A stretch of 63,492 bases of DNA, filler included, from Globobulimina sp. (Eukaryota): the NCBI GenBank assembly GCA_003354225.1. It is 38 parts of 38 records of this genome, joined end to end, with 100 filler letters (N's around TTAATTAATTAA, not from the genome) between each part and the next. Parts side by side here need not be neighbours in the genome. Positions count along the whole stretch, not along the records: positions 35,159 to 36,732 come from PIVH01014656.1; positions 36,833 to 38,405 come from PIVH01014657.1; positions 38,506 to 40,078 come from PIVH01014658.1; positions 40,179 to 41,751 come from PIVH01014659.1; positions 41,852 to 43,424 come from PIVH01014660.1; positions 43,525 to 45,097 come from PIVH01014661.1; positions 45,198 to 46,770 come from PIVH01014662.1; positions 46,871 to 48,443 come from PIVH01014663.1; 30 more parts are not named here. The stretch is one strand, 5' to 3'. Of this stretch, positions 35,159-48,993 are shown in pieces. The notes under the pieces are model-generated. The model did no database searches and was not told the origin of the DNA. It saw nothing but the letters and a program-made list of their open reading frames with translations. The position numbers and the translations under genes were made by a program. Each line of letters starts with the position of its first letter. Positions within the stretch are counted from its first letter, which is position 1.

Positions 35159-36559
35159 GTTATTCGTTTTCAATTCAAATACCAACAAACAGGAATCGAT
35201 CGAAGAATATATAAAATAAAAAAGAACATTGAAAATAATAATCATTTATTAGTACATGTCAATAAGAAACAAGTCGGCTGTACACAACAAGAATGCGGAT
35301 TAAGCCAAGGAGGTACAATGTCATTGACCGATGTTTCCATTACAACAAATCCAGCGATAAAAAGCGGTGAACAAAAATTAAAGGGCGCGATAATACCATT
35401 AAAACCAAGCCAAAATGTAATAAATCCGCAAACATATAATATGTCTCAATTGGAACAACAACAAAACCAACAACAAACGCAAAATCAACAGTGGCAAATA
35501 CAAATTAAAATAGTATCAACGATATTTGCATTTATTTATGTAGACGACGCATTATTAATTGCCTTATCAATCTTAGATTTAAATATAAATATCAACCACG
35601 TTGTTAATGAATTACGACCGATTGGCGCAAGAATAAAAATTGCAAAATCAGTGATTATTATAATTAACGCAATGTATTTATGTGAAAGTGAATTTGAATT
35701 GTATCAAAGTAAAAATATTGATATTCAAATTGATGGAGAAAAACTAAAAGTATTAGAAAAAGAAACAAAATTTAAATATTTGGGACTAACAATGCAATTT
35801 AATGAAAAGCAAAAACAATTCGAATGGAAGTATCACTTAAATAACATAATTGGAGCAACGTACGGAGCAATAATTGCTATCCCAAACAAAATAACAAAGA
35901 TATTAAATATTAAGACAAAAATATTGATATTATTGTCAAGAATAAATATCTATGCTTTATCCATAATAAAAATGAACGAGAATCAAATAACTAAATATGA
36001 AAAGTGCATTGCGTATGCAATCAGAAAATTAATTGGCGTATATACAACAACGAAAGGAGCGATATTACATATTCTATTCGGCATTAATCGTATGAGATGT
36101 ATTAATTATAAAGCAATGATAAAATTCTATATTAAAATAATGAGAGGGCATGATAATACATTAAAGAATATGATTATTACACAACAAAGAATGCTGAGTA
36201 AAAAAAATGAAAGTAAACAAATAAAACGACGATTAGTTCAAAATAGAAAAATAAATAAGTTTGAGATACAGCAAAACAATCAAACATATTATCATCAGAT
36301 AAAATATATCATTGATGCGTATAATCTAAAAAAAGAACAATTGAATCAAAAACAAGAAAAAAGAATGGAGTATGAGAATATCATTGATTCAGTATCGTAT
36401 CAAAGAGATTTAATCCGAGTAAAAAACGAGGAGAACCTAGGTGGGTCGGGGACCCTTAAACCCTTGAGAAGAAGGTGCGGCAGCGGTGCCGCCGCACAAC
36501 CGCACTTCGTATATCTCATCAAGGGGATAATCCTACGGAAAAATGACAATATTCCATGA
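35159..36559 (+). mobile_element. Non-LTR retrotransposon reverse transcriptase fragment
   Basis: Frame open from the contig start. GLSQGGTMS, FIYVDDAL, KIAKS, FKYLGL and downstream thumb helices. Confidence 0.85.
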
Positions 36560-36632
36560 AAAATGAGAAAAATCCATGAAAAATGAGAAAAATCGATGAA
36601 AATGAGAAAAATGCATGAAAATGAGAATGCAT
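36554..36632 (+). repeat. Tandem repeat, about 4 x 19-20 bp (ccatgaaaaatgagaaaaat)
   Basis: Direct inspection. Units decay toward the 3' end. Confidence 0.9.
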
Positions 36633-36832
36633 ATCTCGGATCTCATATGTAGGAACTCATTCCTTAAGTAAATCTCTTTAGGATTTTTTTCACCAAAAAT
36701 TTTTAAATTTGGACAGTATGTGTATCTTTGAGNNNNNNNNNNNNNNNNNNNNNNNNNNNNNNNNNNNNNNNNNNNNTTAATTAATTAANNNNNNNNNNNN
36801 NNNNNNNNNNNNNNNNNNNNNNNNNNNNNNNN

Positions 36833-38405
36833 CGAAATAATTTATTATCATTTATGCATGACAGAAAGAGTGAAATTACAAAATTTATTTCATCCAAATA
36901 CAATCAAAACAAAAATATAGAAAATAATAGAAACAGCAACAAGCACAACACAATCAAACGCGAAATGATTTATTTATTAGAATTGTTTCGTTTTGGTTTG
37001 ATTGCTAATTTTAAAGAAAGCCATTTATCCATAATATTCAATTCATTTTCTACCATCCATGCGATATTACGTGCATTGCATTCAATATCTACTATTTTAT
37101 TACAAGATGTTGCTGAATGGTTTGTAAATAATGATATATTATCATTATTATCCGAAAGCTTATTATCATTAACAGTTATTCTCAACCAATATGAAACTAA
37201 GAATAATAATAATAATGATATTTTTGATAGGAAAAAAAAGACATTGGCTCATATCGGATATGAAATATGGAATATATTATCCATACTATCTACAAACAAA
37301 GAAACAATAACTTTTATTTCAATATTTGATACATATTTACATCGTTTATTGCCAAAAAATAAATATTTTAATTTATTGCAAAATTTATTCCAATTTTTAC
37401 AAATTTCTTTATTATTTGCGCAAACAAACAAAAATAAAACATATCGAAAACATTTGTTACAAATTGTTAACAAGTTACAAGGTGGACATATTTTGGATTA
37501 TATTATATCAACAATATCATCACATTTATCTTCGATATCGGGCAATAATAAGAAGACCATTGATTGTGATGCGATAAATACATTATCCACAATTTGGTTA
37601 AGTTTATTATCCCATTTACAATTACAACAAAAAGATACAATCACTGCAATTTTAAAGAAATCATTGCGTTCAAATAACATATCCATTCAACTATGTTGTT
37701 TAGAGAATTTATTTTCAATTTTGTATGTTTTAGCAAATAATGAAAACATTGAATTTACACCAAAAATATATAAATTATTAATATTTCATTTGGTTGAAAA
37801 TCATGGCGATGAAACCATTCGAGATATTATGTTAAAAAAATTTATTTTACTCATGTCAAACTTATCGAATATACCAATTAATGTATTTATTGAACCGTTA
37901 GTAAGACAAACTGCGTATTATGGATATTGCGAATTGCATTTTGATTTATTTAATGTTTTGATTCAACACAAAAGAATTCATTTGAAAGAAACCATGTTAA
38001 TAATACACTTAATTGGAAAAATATGTATTACAGATTTAAAATATCATAAAACATCGTTAGATATATTACTTAAAATAATTACAAAATATAAATCCGAATC
38101 TATATTACAGACATATTGTGATAAATATTTCAAATTAATATTTTCAAATTTTGTAAAAATTGCACAAGAACAGCATTTACCAGAAATTAAATTAGCGCCG
38201 GTTTTATATGAAGAGAATTTCAGCAAAATGGAAATTTCAATAAAAACACTGATTGAAATTGCAAAATTAAATATTGTGCAATTAAATAATATGATAATAT
38301 ATGTAATCAAATTTGTAATCGGAGACTATTTGAATTTGTTTGGTCACATTCATCCTTTATTAAAAATATTATCCACGACATTAAAAATAGAAATAGCGAA
38401 ATCTA
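36833..38405 (+). CDS. Large alpha-helical (ARM/HEAT-like) protein fragment
   Basis: Uninterrupted Leu/Ile-rich helical frame across the contig, with a conserved-looking block YKLLIFHLVENH..IRD..IPINVFIEPLVRQ. Confidence 0.65.
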
Positions 38406-38505
38406 NNNNNNNNNNNNNNNNNNNNNNNNNNNNNNNNNNNNNNNNNNNNTTAATTAATTAANNNNNNNNNNNNNNNNNNNNNNNNNNNNNNNNNNNNNNN
38501 NNNNN

Positions 38506-39349
38506 ATATGTTCCGCAATAAATCCATATCGGTGATATTGCTCTTGATTATTTCTAATATATTATTAAATACATTTTCATTTGGTTTAATCATTGAGATC
38601 CCACCATTTAAATGCAAATATTGTTTTGCATTTAGATTAATATTTTTTGCTCTTTCAGTGATGAATGGAATTATTAAACTTTTATTCGTTTTATATTTAT
38701 ATTTATCAAATAAATGTTTGATTGGTTTAACAAACATCATATCAACATCTAACATTAATATTGATGCATAATTCTCAAATTGATATTTTTTGTCAAACAA
38801 TAATAATTTATTAAAGGCCAATCTCCACGAATTAGCAAACTGTGATGGTACATTTTTAATGAATACTGATAGTATTGATATTGATTCATTTTTAATTAAA
38901 AATTTAATGTCAAAATTGTTTGAATTTAATATTATTTTATCATCAAAATTGCTTGAAAATATTAATTCTTTTAATTCTTTCATCAACAATTTATATGTAT
39001 TGTTATATAGCAATTTATCATAAATTCCCAGTGTGCCGTCATTGCCAAATATCCAGAATATATGCATAGGATAAGATAAACCATCATTAGATACTGCATC
39101 CAATTTAAATATGTTCAGTGTTAGATATAAAGAGAATATTAAAGTGTCACAATTTGATACTAATGCACCATACGTTTCTATGTCTGAAAGCAGATTACTG
39201 CGGGGAATTAATGTAATATTAATATTATTTAATTTGTGATAATCAAGTATCCACAGTGTATCGTATATTGCATAAAAATATACCGGCAGAAGCACATTAA
39301 ATACAGTGATCAAGGCTAATACAGATAGTATTAATGTTTTACTCTTCAT
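38506..39349 (-). CDS. Type II membrane glycosyltransferase, GT8-like (3' partial)
   Basis: N-terminal TM anchor, FNKLLLF, ILMLDVDMMF (DxD) and LNGGISMIKPN. Confidence 0.85.
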
Positions 39350-39586
39350 CGCCAGGAAGAATTAATGGGTTGCGAGCGAAGTGACTAACTAAGATTAAAA
39401 CCTTTGCTCCCAAAATCTTGCTATGATACAAAACACCAAAAAGTCAGGATGTGTGCACATTGCACGATAGTGTATTTCAGTGAAAACAGTCAGAGCATTG
39501 TTCAAAAAAGGCCGGAAATTATAAACTGTACAAATATCACACTCACAAAAAGCGACAAAAACGCGTACATTTTGGTTTTAATTATT

Positions 39587-40078
39587 TTATAATAAGTCGT
39601 CTTCTTCAGTTTTTTCTTTCTGCTCATGAACAGGAAATGAATTTGGATCATCATAATCTGCTTCATTTCCGCCATCAGGAATCTGCATAAACCTTATTTT
39701 CACAAATAATCGACCTTGCTCTTTCTTACCATGCAATTTAAAATCCAATTCATCCGTTCGATTATATTCACGTGCTTCATTTGATGGACATTGACATGAA
39801 CCGATTAAATCATTTGCTGATATTCTATCATAATCCCAAACTTCAAGAATAAATTTCTTTAATCCAATCTCAGCTCCTTCAAAAACAAGTGTTTGATTGA
39901 AGACTGGACTCTTGTCATTCATAATTGTTTCTGTTTGCTGGTCCTCTCCGTCGTATGTTACTTTAACGTATGGATCGACGGTTGGGCGAAGATCCACTGT
40001 TCAAATTATATAATTATATTATTGTGTATTACAAACATTGAAGAGACTTCATACTAGTTGGCAAATTTGTGACTTTTA
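39587..40078 (-). CDS. C2 domain protein (5' partial)
   Basis: KVTNLPT|MDLRPTVDPYVKV, SPVFNQT and LEVWDYDRISANDLIG, with Ca-binding Asp residues present. Confidence 0.9.
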
Positions 40079-40307
40079 NNNNNNNNNNNNNNNNNNNNNN
40101 NNNNNNNNNNNNNNNNNNNNNNTTAATTAATTAANNNNNNNNNNNNNNNNNNNNNNNNNNNNNNNNNNNNNNNNNNNNACCAGGGGATGTCCTCCATGGC
40201 GAACAACCCCGGGGGTTTGTCCGGACGCACGGGCTCCTTACCCTTCTTTTTGGTGGCCTGGACAAACACAGAGAAAGGAGCATATCGTCAATAAACATTC
40301 GCAGAGT

Positions 40308-40577
40308 ATGGTAAAATGGCTATGTCCGTATGGCTGTGATGGTGTTTTCAGCCAATTTCGCGGTGTGGTGAGACACGTTAAATTTGATAGGAAATGTAAT
40401 TCGAGGAATGAGTATTTTGATGAAACAGTTGTGAATAAATTGAAAGAAGAGTGGGATAATGATGTTATGAAAGAAGTGTTGAAATTTAAAACCAATATAA
40501 GTGTGGACGAGAATGATATGGTCAGTAAAGAGATGAAAATTAAAATTAGAGAAAAAATTAAAAATATGTTTAATTGA
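40308..40577 (+). CDS. Small protein with a zinc-finger-like N terminus
   Basis: WLCPYGCDGVFSQFRGVVRHVKFDRKC (C-x3-C-x12-H-x6-C). Confidence 0.45.
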   Translation: MVKWLCPYGCDGVFSQFRGVVRHVKFDRKCNSRNEYFDETVVNKLKEEWDNDVMKEVLKFKTNISVDENDMVSKEMKIKIREKIKNMFN

Positions 40578-40876
40578 TTGTCATTTGTTTAAATATATAC
40601 TTGTATTTGTTACAGGTTCTGTTTATTTTCATTTCAGTGTGGTTTGTTGTTTTTGTTTGTTTTTTGGCGGTGTTATTAATGCAAAAACCTACTTATTTTG
40701 CATTTTTTGATGGAGATATAAAGCTACATTTATGATAAAACATAAATACATTCATGTTACGAAATATCCATGCAAATAGCAGTATTTTTTTGATTGGTTT
40801 ATAATATTTTAAGCAATAAAAATACAAATATCAAAAAACATTTTTATTTTTTGAAGTTAATTTTGTTTCAGAGGTC

Positions 40877-41751
40877 ATGTCGACACTACAGATCTGGATT
40901 TATGCTGTATGGGCTGAGAAAAACATAAAAAAAAAACTGAATTTGTGTGATCCACGCAATCGTAACGAAATACTTGATTACCTCCTATATGGCAATCGCA
41001 GTCCCATTGTACTTACAAATCGTCAGTCATATGACGCATTAGGATTCTTTTATCAGTATCAAGTGATTGTTTATTATGACTCTCAAAAAATCAATACAAT
41101 TAACGAAATGTGTACTACATTGCACCAAACAACATCGGAAAATGGTCAAATTATCAGCGAGTTTCATCATTTTTCGGTGTTTGTCATGAATGCTGAACAA
41201 AGATTGTTATTAAAATACTTATTTCGTATCAAAATACGAAAATCTTATCTATTTTTACGGATGCTTATCTATGCAGCATTATATACAGCCGATCGATTAT
41301 CAAAACAGCCAACAGATATCAATAATTCATACCATTTTTATACAACAATCATTCATACATTGCATTTCTGGCGGAAAAGACACTTTGTGTTTGCCATAAA
41401 TCATGGCATTTGCAAAATAATTGTATCATACATGATTTCATGCAAAAGCAATACAGAAAAAGTGGATTTAATGGAAATAAATACACAATATTTTGCTATC
41501 TTCGCTCAGTGCATCAATAAATATAATCTATCTCAATATTATCTGAGTGCATTGGCAAAGGAATGTTTCTCAAACAAGGAACAAGCAATGAAGGTCCCCA
41601 TTTTTCTCAAAGCAAAGGAATTCTTGAAACAAATGTCGATGGATGTTGAGTTTACTCCGCTTGCCAACGACCTGGCAGTTATTGCTATTCTTACCCCACA
41701 AAGTGGTTGTGGCCTGGATACCAACGAAACAGTAAAAATCAGGATCAAAAA
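40877..41751 (+). CDS. Protein of unknown function (3' partial)
   Basis: About 290-aa open frame with no recognised domain. Confidence 0.55.
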
Positions 41752-42261
41752 NNNNNNNNNNNNNNNNNNNNNNNNNNNNNNNNNNNNNNNNNNNNTTAAT
41801 TAATTAANNNNNNNNNNNNNNNNNNNNNNNNNNNNNNNNNNNNNNNNNNNNTGATCAATGAAACAACTGCATTTATCGCAGAGGTTTTAGGTTTCAGGTT
41901 TTTTATGTTTCGAGGCTTCAATGTTCGAGCAAAACAAGTTCATTCTGGCAGAAGAATGGTCCTGAATGGAATCAATGATTCAAGGTTTCAATGTTTGTAG
42001 GTCCGACAAAATCCGATTATGTTTCTTTCATTCTGCTGTCAACGTACAAACGTACAAACCTCTGCGATAAATGCAGTTCAAAAACAAAGTTGAAAGAAAA
42101 ATCAAATACAGAACATTGGATATTGGTCCAGTGCAATGCCGACCCGCCACATTTTTCTAAAAATAATCAATAATAACTTAAATTGGACAATGAAGAAAAA
42201 CAAAGCACACAAAAAAAAAGCAATAAGTAATAGTAATAGTAATTATAGAGTCAGAGTCAGA

Positions 42262-43257
42262 CTATAATGTTAATGCATAGCCTGGTTCATAATAATTCTT
42301 TCGCATCAACTTACAGAGTGTATGGGATTTATTGAGGTGAATCAATTCGTTTGCCCATCGGATCCATTCTCTTATTGGTTTTCTTCCATCGCTCATCGCA
42401 GATTGCTTCCACTGTCTAGCCGTAAGCAATAATTCCAAACAAATTAGGAAATGGTAAAAATTTTGGATGCCAACCCATATTTGTTTGTCTTTCATATAAA
42501 TTGTATAATTCCTAAAATACAGTTCAAAAACCTGCATCAAAGGCACATAAAACTGAGAGTGCATTCGAGGAAGACTCCATTCACTCTCAGAATAAACACC
42601 ACCAATTTTCCTCACATATTTTGCAAATAACAGTTGTAACATCAACCCAACGCATAAAGTGCCACCGTTGAATGACAAAAGCTTTATTAACACAAACGAT
42701 GTGTATAAATTCACACGGTCTCTTTTACCAAATTGTACTAAATAAATAAAATGGAATAAATACTTGAAACTTTTAATTTTTCTCGTTTTGATATCTAAAT
42801 CGAAGTATAATGGATATGTGGATATTGGCAATGTGAACGGATTTGAATGTGATATGTGGATATTTTTGAGTGCTGACGCGTCCTTTTTGAGTGTTGACTG
42901 CGTTTCTGATGCTATGCACAACGAATCATATGTCATTGCGGTGTATGCTGCACTTAATTCATATTCGTGCATGAGGTCATATGCAGTGACTGGATAACGA
43001 AAATCCAGATTTATGAGCTTGACTCCACGAATATAATATAATGACTCTTTGCAAGAGTTAAAAATCAATGACCGTATTAAATTGGTCTTATTTATCATAT
43101 CTTCCGTATTCTTAATAGTCCACTCTTTACAAACCAGTGTGACGTTACATAGATAATCAATGATATCTAAAAATGCAAAGATTTCTTCCATAATAACTGA
43201 TGGTATGTTGTGGATTGTATTTGATGTTGTTTTCGACTCACATTCTACAACAGACTG
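42262..43257 (-). CDS. F-box protein
   Basis: IHNIPSVIMEEIFAFLDIIDYLCNVTLVCKEW is F-box-like. The frame is open upstream of the annotated Met up to the adjacent repeat, so the true start is unclear. Confidence 0.7.
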   Translation of the reverse strand, partial: QSVVECESKTTSNTIHNIPSVIMEEIFAFLDIIDYLCNVTLVCKEWTIKNTEDMINKTNLIRSLIFNSCKESLYYIRGVKLINLDFRYPVTAYDLMHEYELSAAYTAMTYDSLCIASETQSTLKKDASALKNIHISHSNPFTLPISTYPLYFDLDIKTRKIKSFKYLFHFIYLVQFGKRDRVNLYTSFVLIKLLSFNGGTLCVGLMLQLLFAKYVRKIGGVYSESEWSLPRMHSQFYVPLMQVFELYFRNYTIYMKDKQIWVGIQNFYHFLICLELLLTARQWKQSAMSDGRKPIREWIRWANELIHLNKSHTLCKLMRKNYYEPGYALTL

Positions 43258-43260
43258 TCA

Positions 43261-43424
43261 TAGCGGTAAGACTAAAAGCGCCACATTGCGGCGCCACATC
43301 TGCGGCGTCACACTTTTTCGTCTCATCTTTTCAATTTTTGTGGCGTCTCACTTTTTCTATTTTTGTGGCGTCTCACTTTTCCAATTTATGCGTCGCCTCA
43401 CTTTTTTCATTAAATATGTGGCGT
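43261..43424 (+). mobile_element. MITE-like family A, 5' portion
   Basis: Starts TAGCGGTAAGACTAAAAGCGCCACAT, then about 26-bp tandem units (ttttgtggcgtctcactttttc). Related to 9465-9606. Confidence 0.75.
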
Positions 43425-43541
43425 NNNNNNNNNNNNNNNNNNNNNNNNNNNNNNNNNNNNNNNNNNNNTTAATTAATTAANNNNNNNNNNNNNNNNNNNN
43501 NNNNNNNNNNNNNNNNNNNNNNNNGACCTGATATTATTTTA

Positions 43542-44970
<1,429 letters not shown>

Positions 44971-45632
44971 TCAAATTTTACCGAAGGTGACAGACGAAAA
45001 GTTTGTGGATTGCGCAGATTGTGCAATTGGTGTAAATGTTAATCTGACGATATCAGCCAACTCAATTCTTTTTATTTTATATCTATTGAATACATACNNN
45101 NNNNNNNNNNNNNNNNNNNNNNNNNNNNNNNNNNNNNNNNNTTAATTAATTAANNNNNNNNNNNNNNNNNNNNNNNNNNNNNNNNNNNNNNNNNNNNTCA
45201 ACAGAAAATAAAAATTACTTCTCTGTCAATTTTAAACTTAAAAAAAAGTACAGTACAATAAAAAGTTGACAAATAAAATTTCGTTTCAATACAAAGAAAA
45301 CAATTAATATTCAGAAAAAACAACGAAAAAACAATACACTTAACAGGAAGAAGAAGAAAAAAAGAAAAAGACATATAACATTCATTATGTATAATAAACT
45401 CAAAAGAAACAACAAAAGAAAAAGCAACATAGCATTCACAACGCAAAATACGATACAAATACAATTCGAATGTGGCTACGAATAGGAGTTTAGAAAAAAA
45501 GTGTTAACAAAAAATTTGTACAATGTTTCGTATAATAAATAACATCAACACTTTTTTTATTTATTTAATACAAAAAAATACCGTTATTCCACATTGCTTA
45601 TTTATAAAATACATCAAAATGGCATTATTTTA

Positions 45633-46770
45633 TCAATCCAATGACATTTTGTTTGAATCATTCGCTATCAAAACATTTAAATTCTTCTTATCCTTCATAT
45701 CAATGTCAATCATATTTTTATTTTTATTCTTCATGCTCTTATCCATCCCGCTATGTCTTATCGTATTTTTATTGTTATTATTCGGACTCGGCACAATATC
45801 ATCGTCGTCATCATCCGACATCACATCCGTATCATTGCCATCGTCATAATCATATATGGTGCGAACCGGCGCAAAATGCAATATCGTATTACTGTCATTA
45901 TTGCTATTCTTGCACGGCTTGGCCGGCGATAAAGGACTAAATTCGGGACAGATAAACGAATTAATTTGCGGAATAAATCCGTCCGATTTGGAATATATAT
46001 CACTTTTATAGAAATCCTTGTCATTCTGATAACTTTCCTGTGTGTTTGTACATGTATTGGTATTAAGAGGTCTATGCATATTCTGTGGTTGCTTATTATT
46101 ATATGAATTATATGAAGGTGTTTGCGACTGTGATTGCGATATGGATTGGATGTCAAATGACGTTAAGGATTGATACGTTTGCAAATCATAAATAGGATCT
46201 TCATCCATTGAGGACAAATCGCTGTCGTTGCCCTTATTATCCTCCTCCTCATACTGCTTATATCCATATCTATCATTCAGTTTTTGTTTCTTTTTTAAAG
46301 GCGATTTCACTTTGTTCCCTTTATCCACTTTGGACGGAATATCCGCAGCATTTATATCCATACACGTAGCCTCCTCATCGTCTAAACAAATTAATTTCAT
46401 ATTATGCTCGTAGTCGGTGGTATTCCTCCGTAATTGCATGGGTGTCACGGACTGCTTAGCCGCGGCAGAAAAGGATTGCGAGCGACTGATGGCTGGCTTA
46501 TGTTGCTTGCATTTGGAGGGCGTACTAGGCAATAATTTGCTTTGCGACCACCAATCTTGAAAATCGTCCATATTGCCGACAGATTTCGATGGCTTTCTGG
46601 TGTTTATGGTGATTGGCGGTGGCGGGCGCGGCCTCGGTTTGATTTTGGGCGTTTTTGGAGTCAAGTCATGGATATTGAACTTTTTGAGGGATTGGTAAAG
46701 TTGGAAAGCGTCACTGTGACTGGCGAAGCTCCTGATGAAAACATTAAGAGTCTTGAGATGGGTGTTGAGA
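45633..46770 (-). CDS. Disordered Ser/Asp/Pro-rich protein C terminus
   Basis: Long low-complexity ORF followed by a T-rich 3' flank. Confidence 0.55.
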
Positions 46771-46870
46771 NNNNNNNNNNNNNNNNNNNNNNNNNNNNNN
46801 NNNNNNNNNNNNNNTTAATTAATTAANNNNNNNNNNNNNNNNNNNNNNNNNNNNNNNNNNNNNNNNNNNN

Positions 46871-48443
46871 CTGAAACACCGTCGGTTGTGCCGAAGAATC
46901 ATTTTCCGAATGGATACAGAATAATTAATATGCATATGGATAATAATAATAATGGCGGCGGCCAAGGCGAAGGAGAAGGACCGCCACAATTACCAGTACA
47001 GCATAATAATAATCATCACAATGTAGCAAATGGCGATGGACCGCAATTAAACAACGAAGATGATGAGAATGAGAAGACAGTCTGAGATTTAATATTTTTA
47101 TCAGACGGAGTGATCTCTTGCATTATAAATTTATTGGATAATACCAGCTCGACTATGAATATGAATATAATTCATCCCGCTTTGCGAATATTAGGCAATA
47201 TTTGCACATCGAACGATTGTGATACGCAGAAAGTATGTTTTATTTTCATCTAATTTCAATTGCTATGTATTAATGTATGTTTTGTTAATTGTGCAGGTGT
47301 TGGATTATGGCATTTTAGATAAATTATATAATTTATTGAATGATAAACATGAAAATGAAAAGATAAATCATCGAAGAAATGCGTTAAAACGAGAGGCGTT
47401 ATGGACAATTTCTAATATTATGGCTGGGAATTCAAAGCAAATTGAAATTGTAATAAATAATAGCAAGTTAATGAAGGTCTTATTTGAGATTATGATTTTT
47501 GAGAAACACGAGTTAAGCAAAGAGGCAGTTTGGTGTATTGCCAATGCAGTGAGTTGCTGCAATGACCGACAAATTGATTATTTAATCATTAATCATCAGA
47601 TTATACCCAATTTCTGTCAATTTATTAAACGATTTCGGATCAGATTGGAGTTACAAATTGCAAATACAAATAGCAATCCGCAATTAACTCGAGAGGAGGA
47701 AGAGAAACATAATAATTATAATATCCATAATTTCAATCCACCGTTTACATCATTTACCTCTTTGCGTGTTGCGTTGGAAGGCATTGATAAAATATTACAA
47801 GTTGAAAATGGAAAATATGCATTGTTTGCAGAACAATATGGTTTATTATCAGAAATAGAAACGTTAATACACATAAATAATAACAATAATAGTTTGAAGG
47901 CAGTAAATAACCAAGTTTTAATCCGTTGTAATGATATAATATCAAGCTATTATTCAGAGTCACCTTCACAAATAATACAGTTATTAGTTTCTGATTCAAT
48001 CCAACAGCGGAAACAGTGTTGTTTGTTATTGTTGGCCCAATTAAAGAATGGATCGATATTTCATTGTAAACGGATCATTGAATGTGGCGGTATGATAAGA
48101 TATTTATTACAAAATTTGTTTGATTTTGGGAAAACAAATGATATTTTCCTCCGCAATGATATTATATGTATAATTTCGGATTTATTTAAGAAATTGGATA
48201 ATTCATTGCAGTTTTTAAGGGATATAGAGGATATAAATAATATTGTGACAGTGATACGATTTCTGATTGATTGCAGTGTATTGTTGCCATGCATTGATTT
48301 CTTATTATTTTTAATCAATGTCGAAAATAACAATAAGTATAAAAATAATATAAATATCGGAAAAACAATCTACTTAATTATGGAGATAATTGGGTTGATT
48401 TTAAAATATAAAAATGAGGAAATTATCAAGTTTTATATTATAA
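46871..48443 (+). CDS. Divergent importin-alpha-like ARM-repeat protein with an in-frame TGA
   Basis: HPALRILGNICTSND.DTQK|VLDYG, KREALWTISNIMAGN..QI, KEAVWCIANA and VALEGIDKIL..E.YGLL..IE.L. TGA at 47083-47085 interrupts an otherwise continuous frame. Confidence 0.85.
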
Positions 48444-48872
48444 NNNNNNNNNNNNNNNNNNNNNNNNNNNNNNNNNNNNNNNNNNNNTTAATTAATTAAN
48501 NNNNNNNNNNNNNNNNNNNNNNNNNNNNNNNNNNNNNNNNNNNCAGTGCTCTGCTTGAGCTATGCGACCATTTCTGTTGCATTTACCATTATCGATTTTC
48601 TATGTGGAGGTTTATTTTGCAAATGAAGTATAAACCATATGGAGAGACAGTAGAGGCAATAGAGTGAGGACTATTTATTAATCCACGCTGCTGGCAAGCA
48701 ATCCTCTTAGACATAAGTAGACTTGAAATGTAACGGGGCATAGTCTAATGTGTTTTTCCCACTACACACTGTAGCCACAACTGATGACCTAATTTTCATT
48801 GTGGTGATCGGATTTCAACTTTTTTAGTTAATCGCTCACCACAATACACTGCAGACACAAATTAGCTCAATA

Positions 48873-48993
48873 CTTTAGAATAGGACCTGTTTGAAACACA
48901 TTGTTTTTAAAATCCGCAAATTCGCAAGTCACCTCTCCATATGTTTTAAAATTTTTCTAAAACGCAGTGTTTCAAACAGGTCCTATTCTAAAG
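48873..48993. mobile_element. 121-bp MITE with 27-bp perfect TIRs and TA target-site duplication (Tc1/mariner-type)
   Basis: CTTTAGAATAGGACCTGTTTGAAACAC (48873-48899) / GTGTTTCAAACAGGTCCTATTCTAAAG (48967-48993), with TA on both sides. Confidence 0.9.

Noticed and set aside
36500-36525. Hammerhead ribozyme on the minus strand (TTGATGAG...CGAAG)
   Set aside because: The core deviates from CUGANGA and GAAA, and no stem II or cleavage-site helix is formed.
35159-36559. Telomerase reverse transcriptase
   Set aside because: It has a KYLG motif and downstream helices typical of non-LTR RTs rather than the TERT motif E (WxG).
40179-40285. HDV-like ribozyme
   Set aside because: A P4-like stem and a C-A-G-A linker exist, but P1, P2 and P3 cannot be arranged in the required nested order.
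43290-43424. CRISPR array in the 26-bp units (also considered 53344-53421 and 36554-36632)
   Set aside because: The units are head-to-tail with no unique spacers, in a eukaryotic context with no cas genes.
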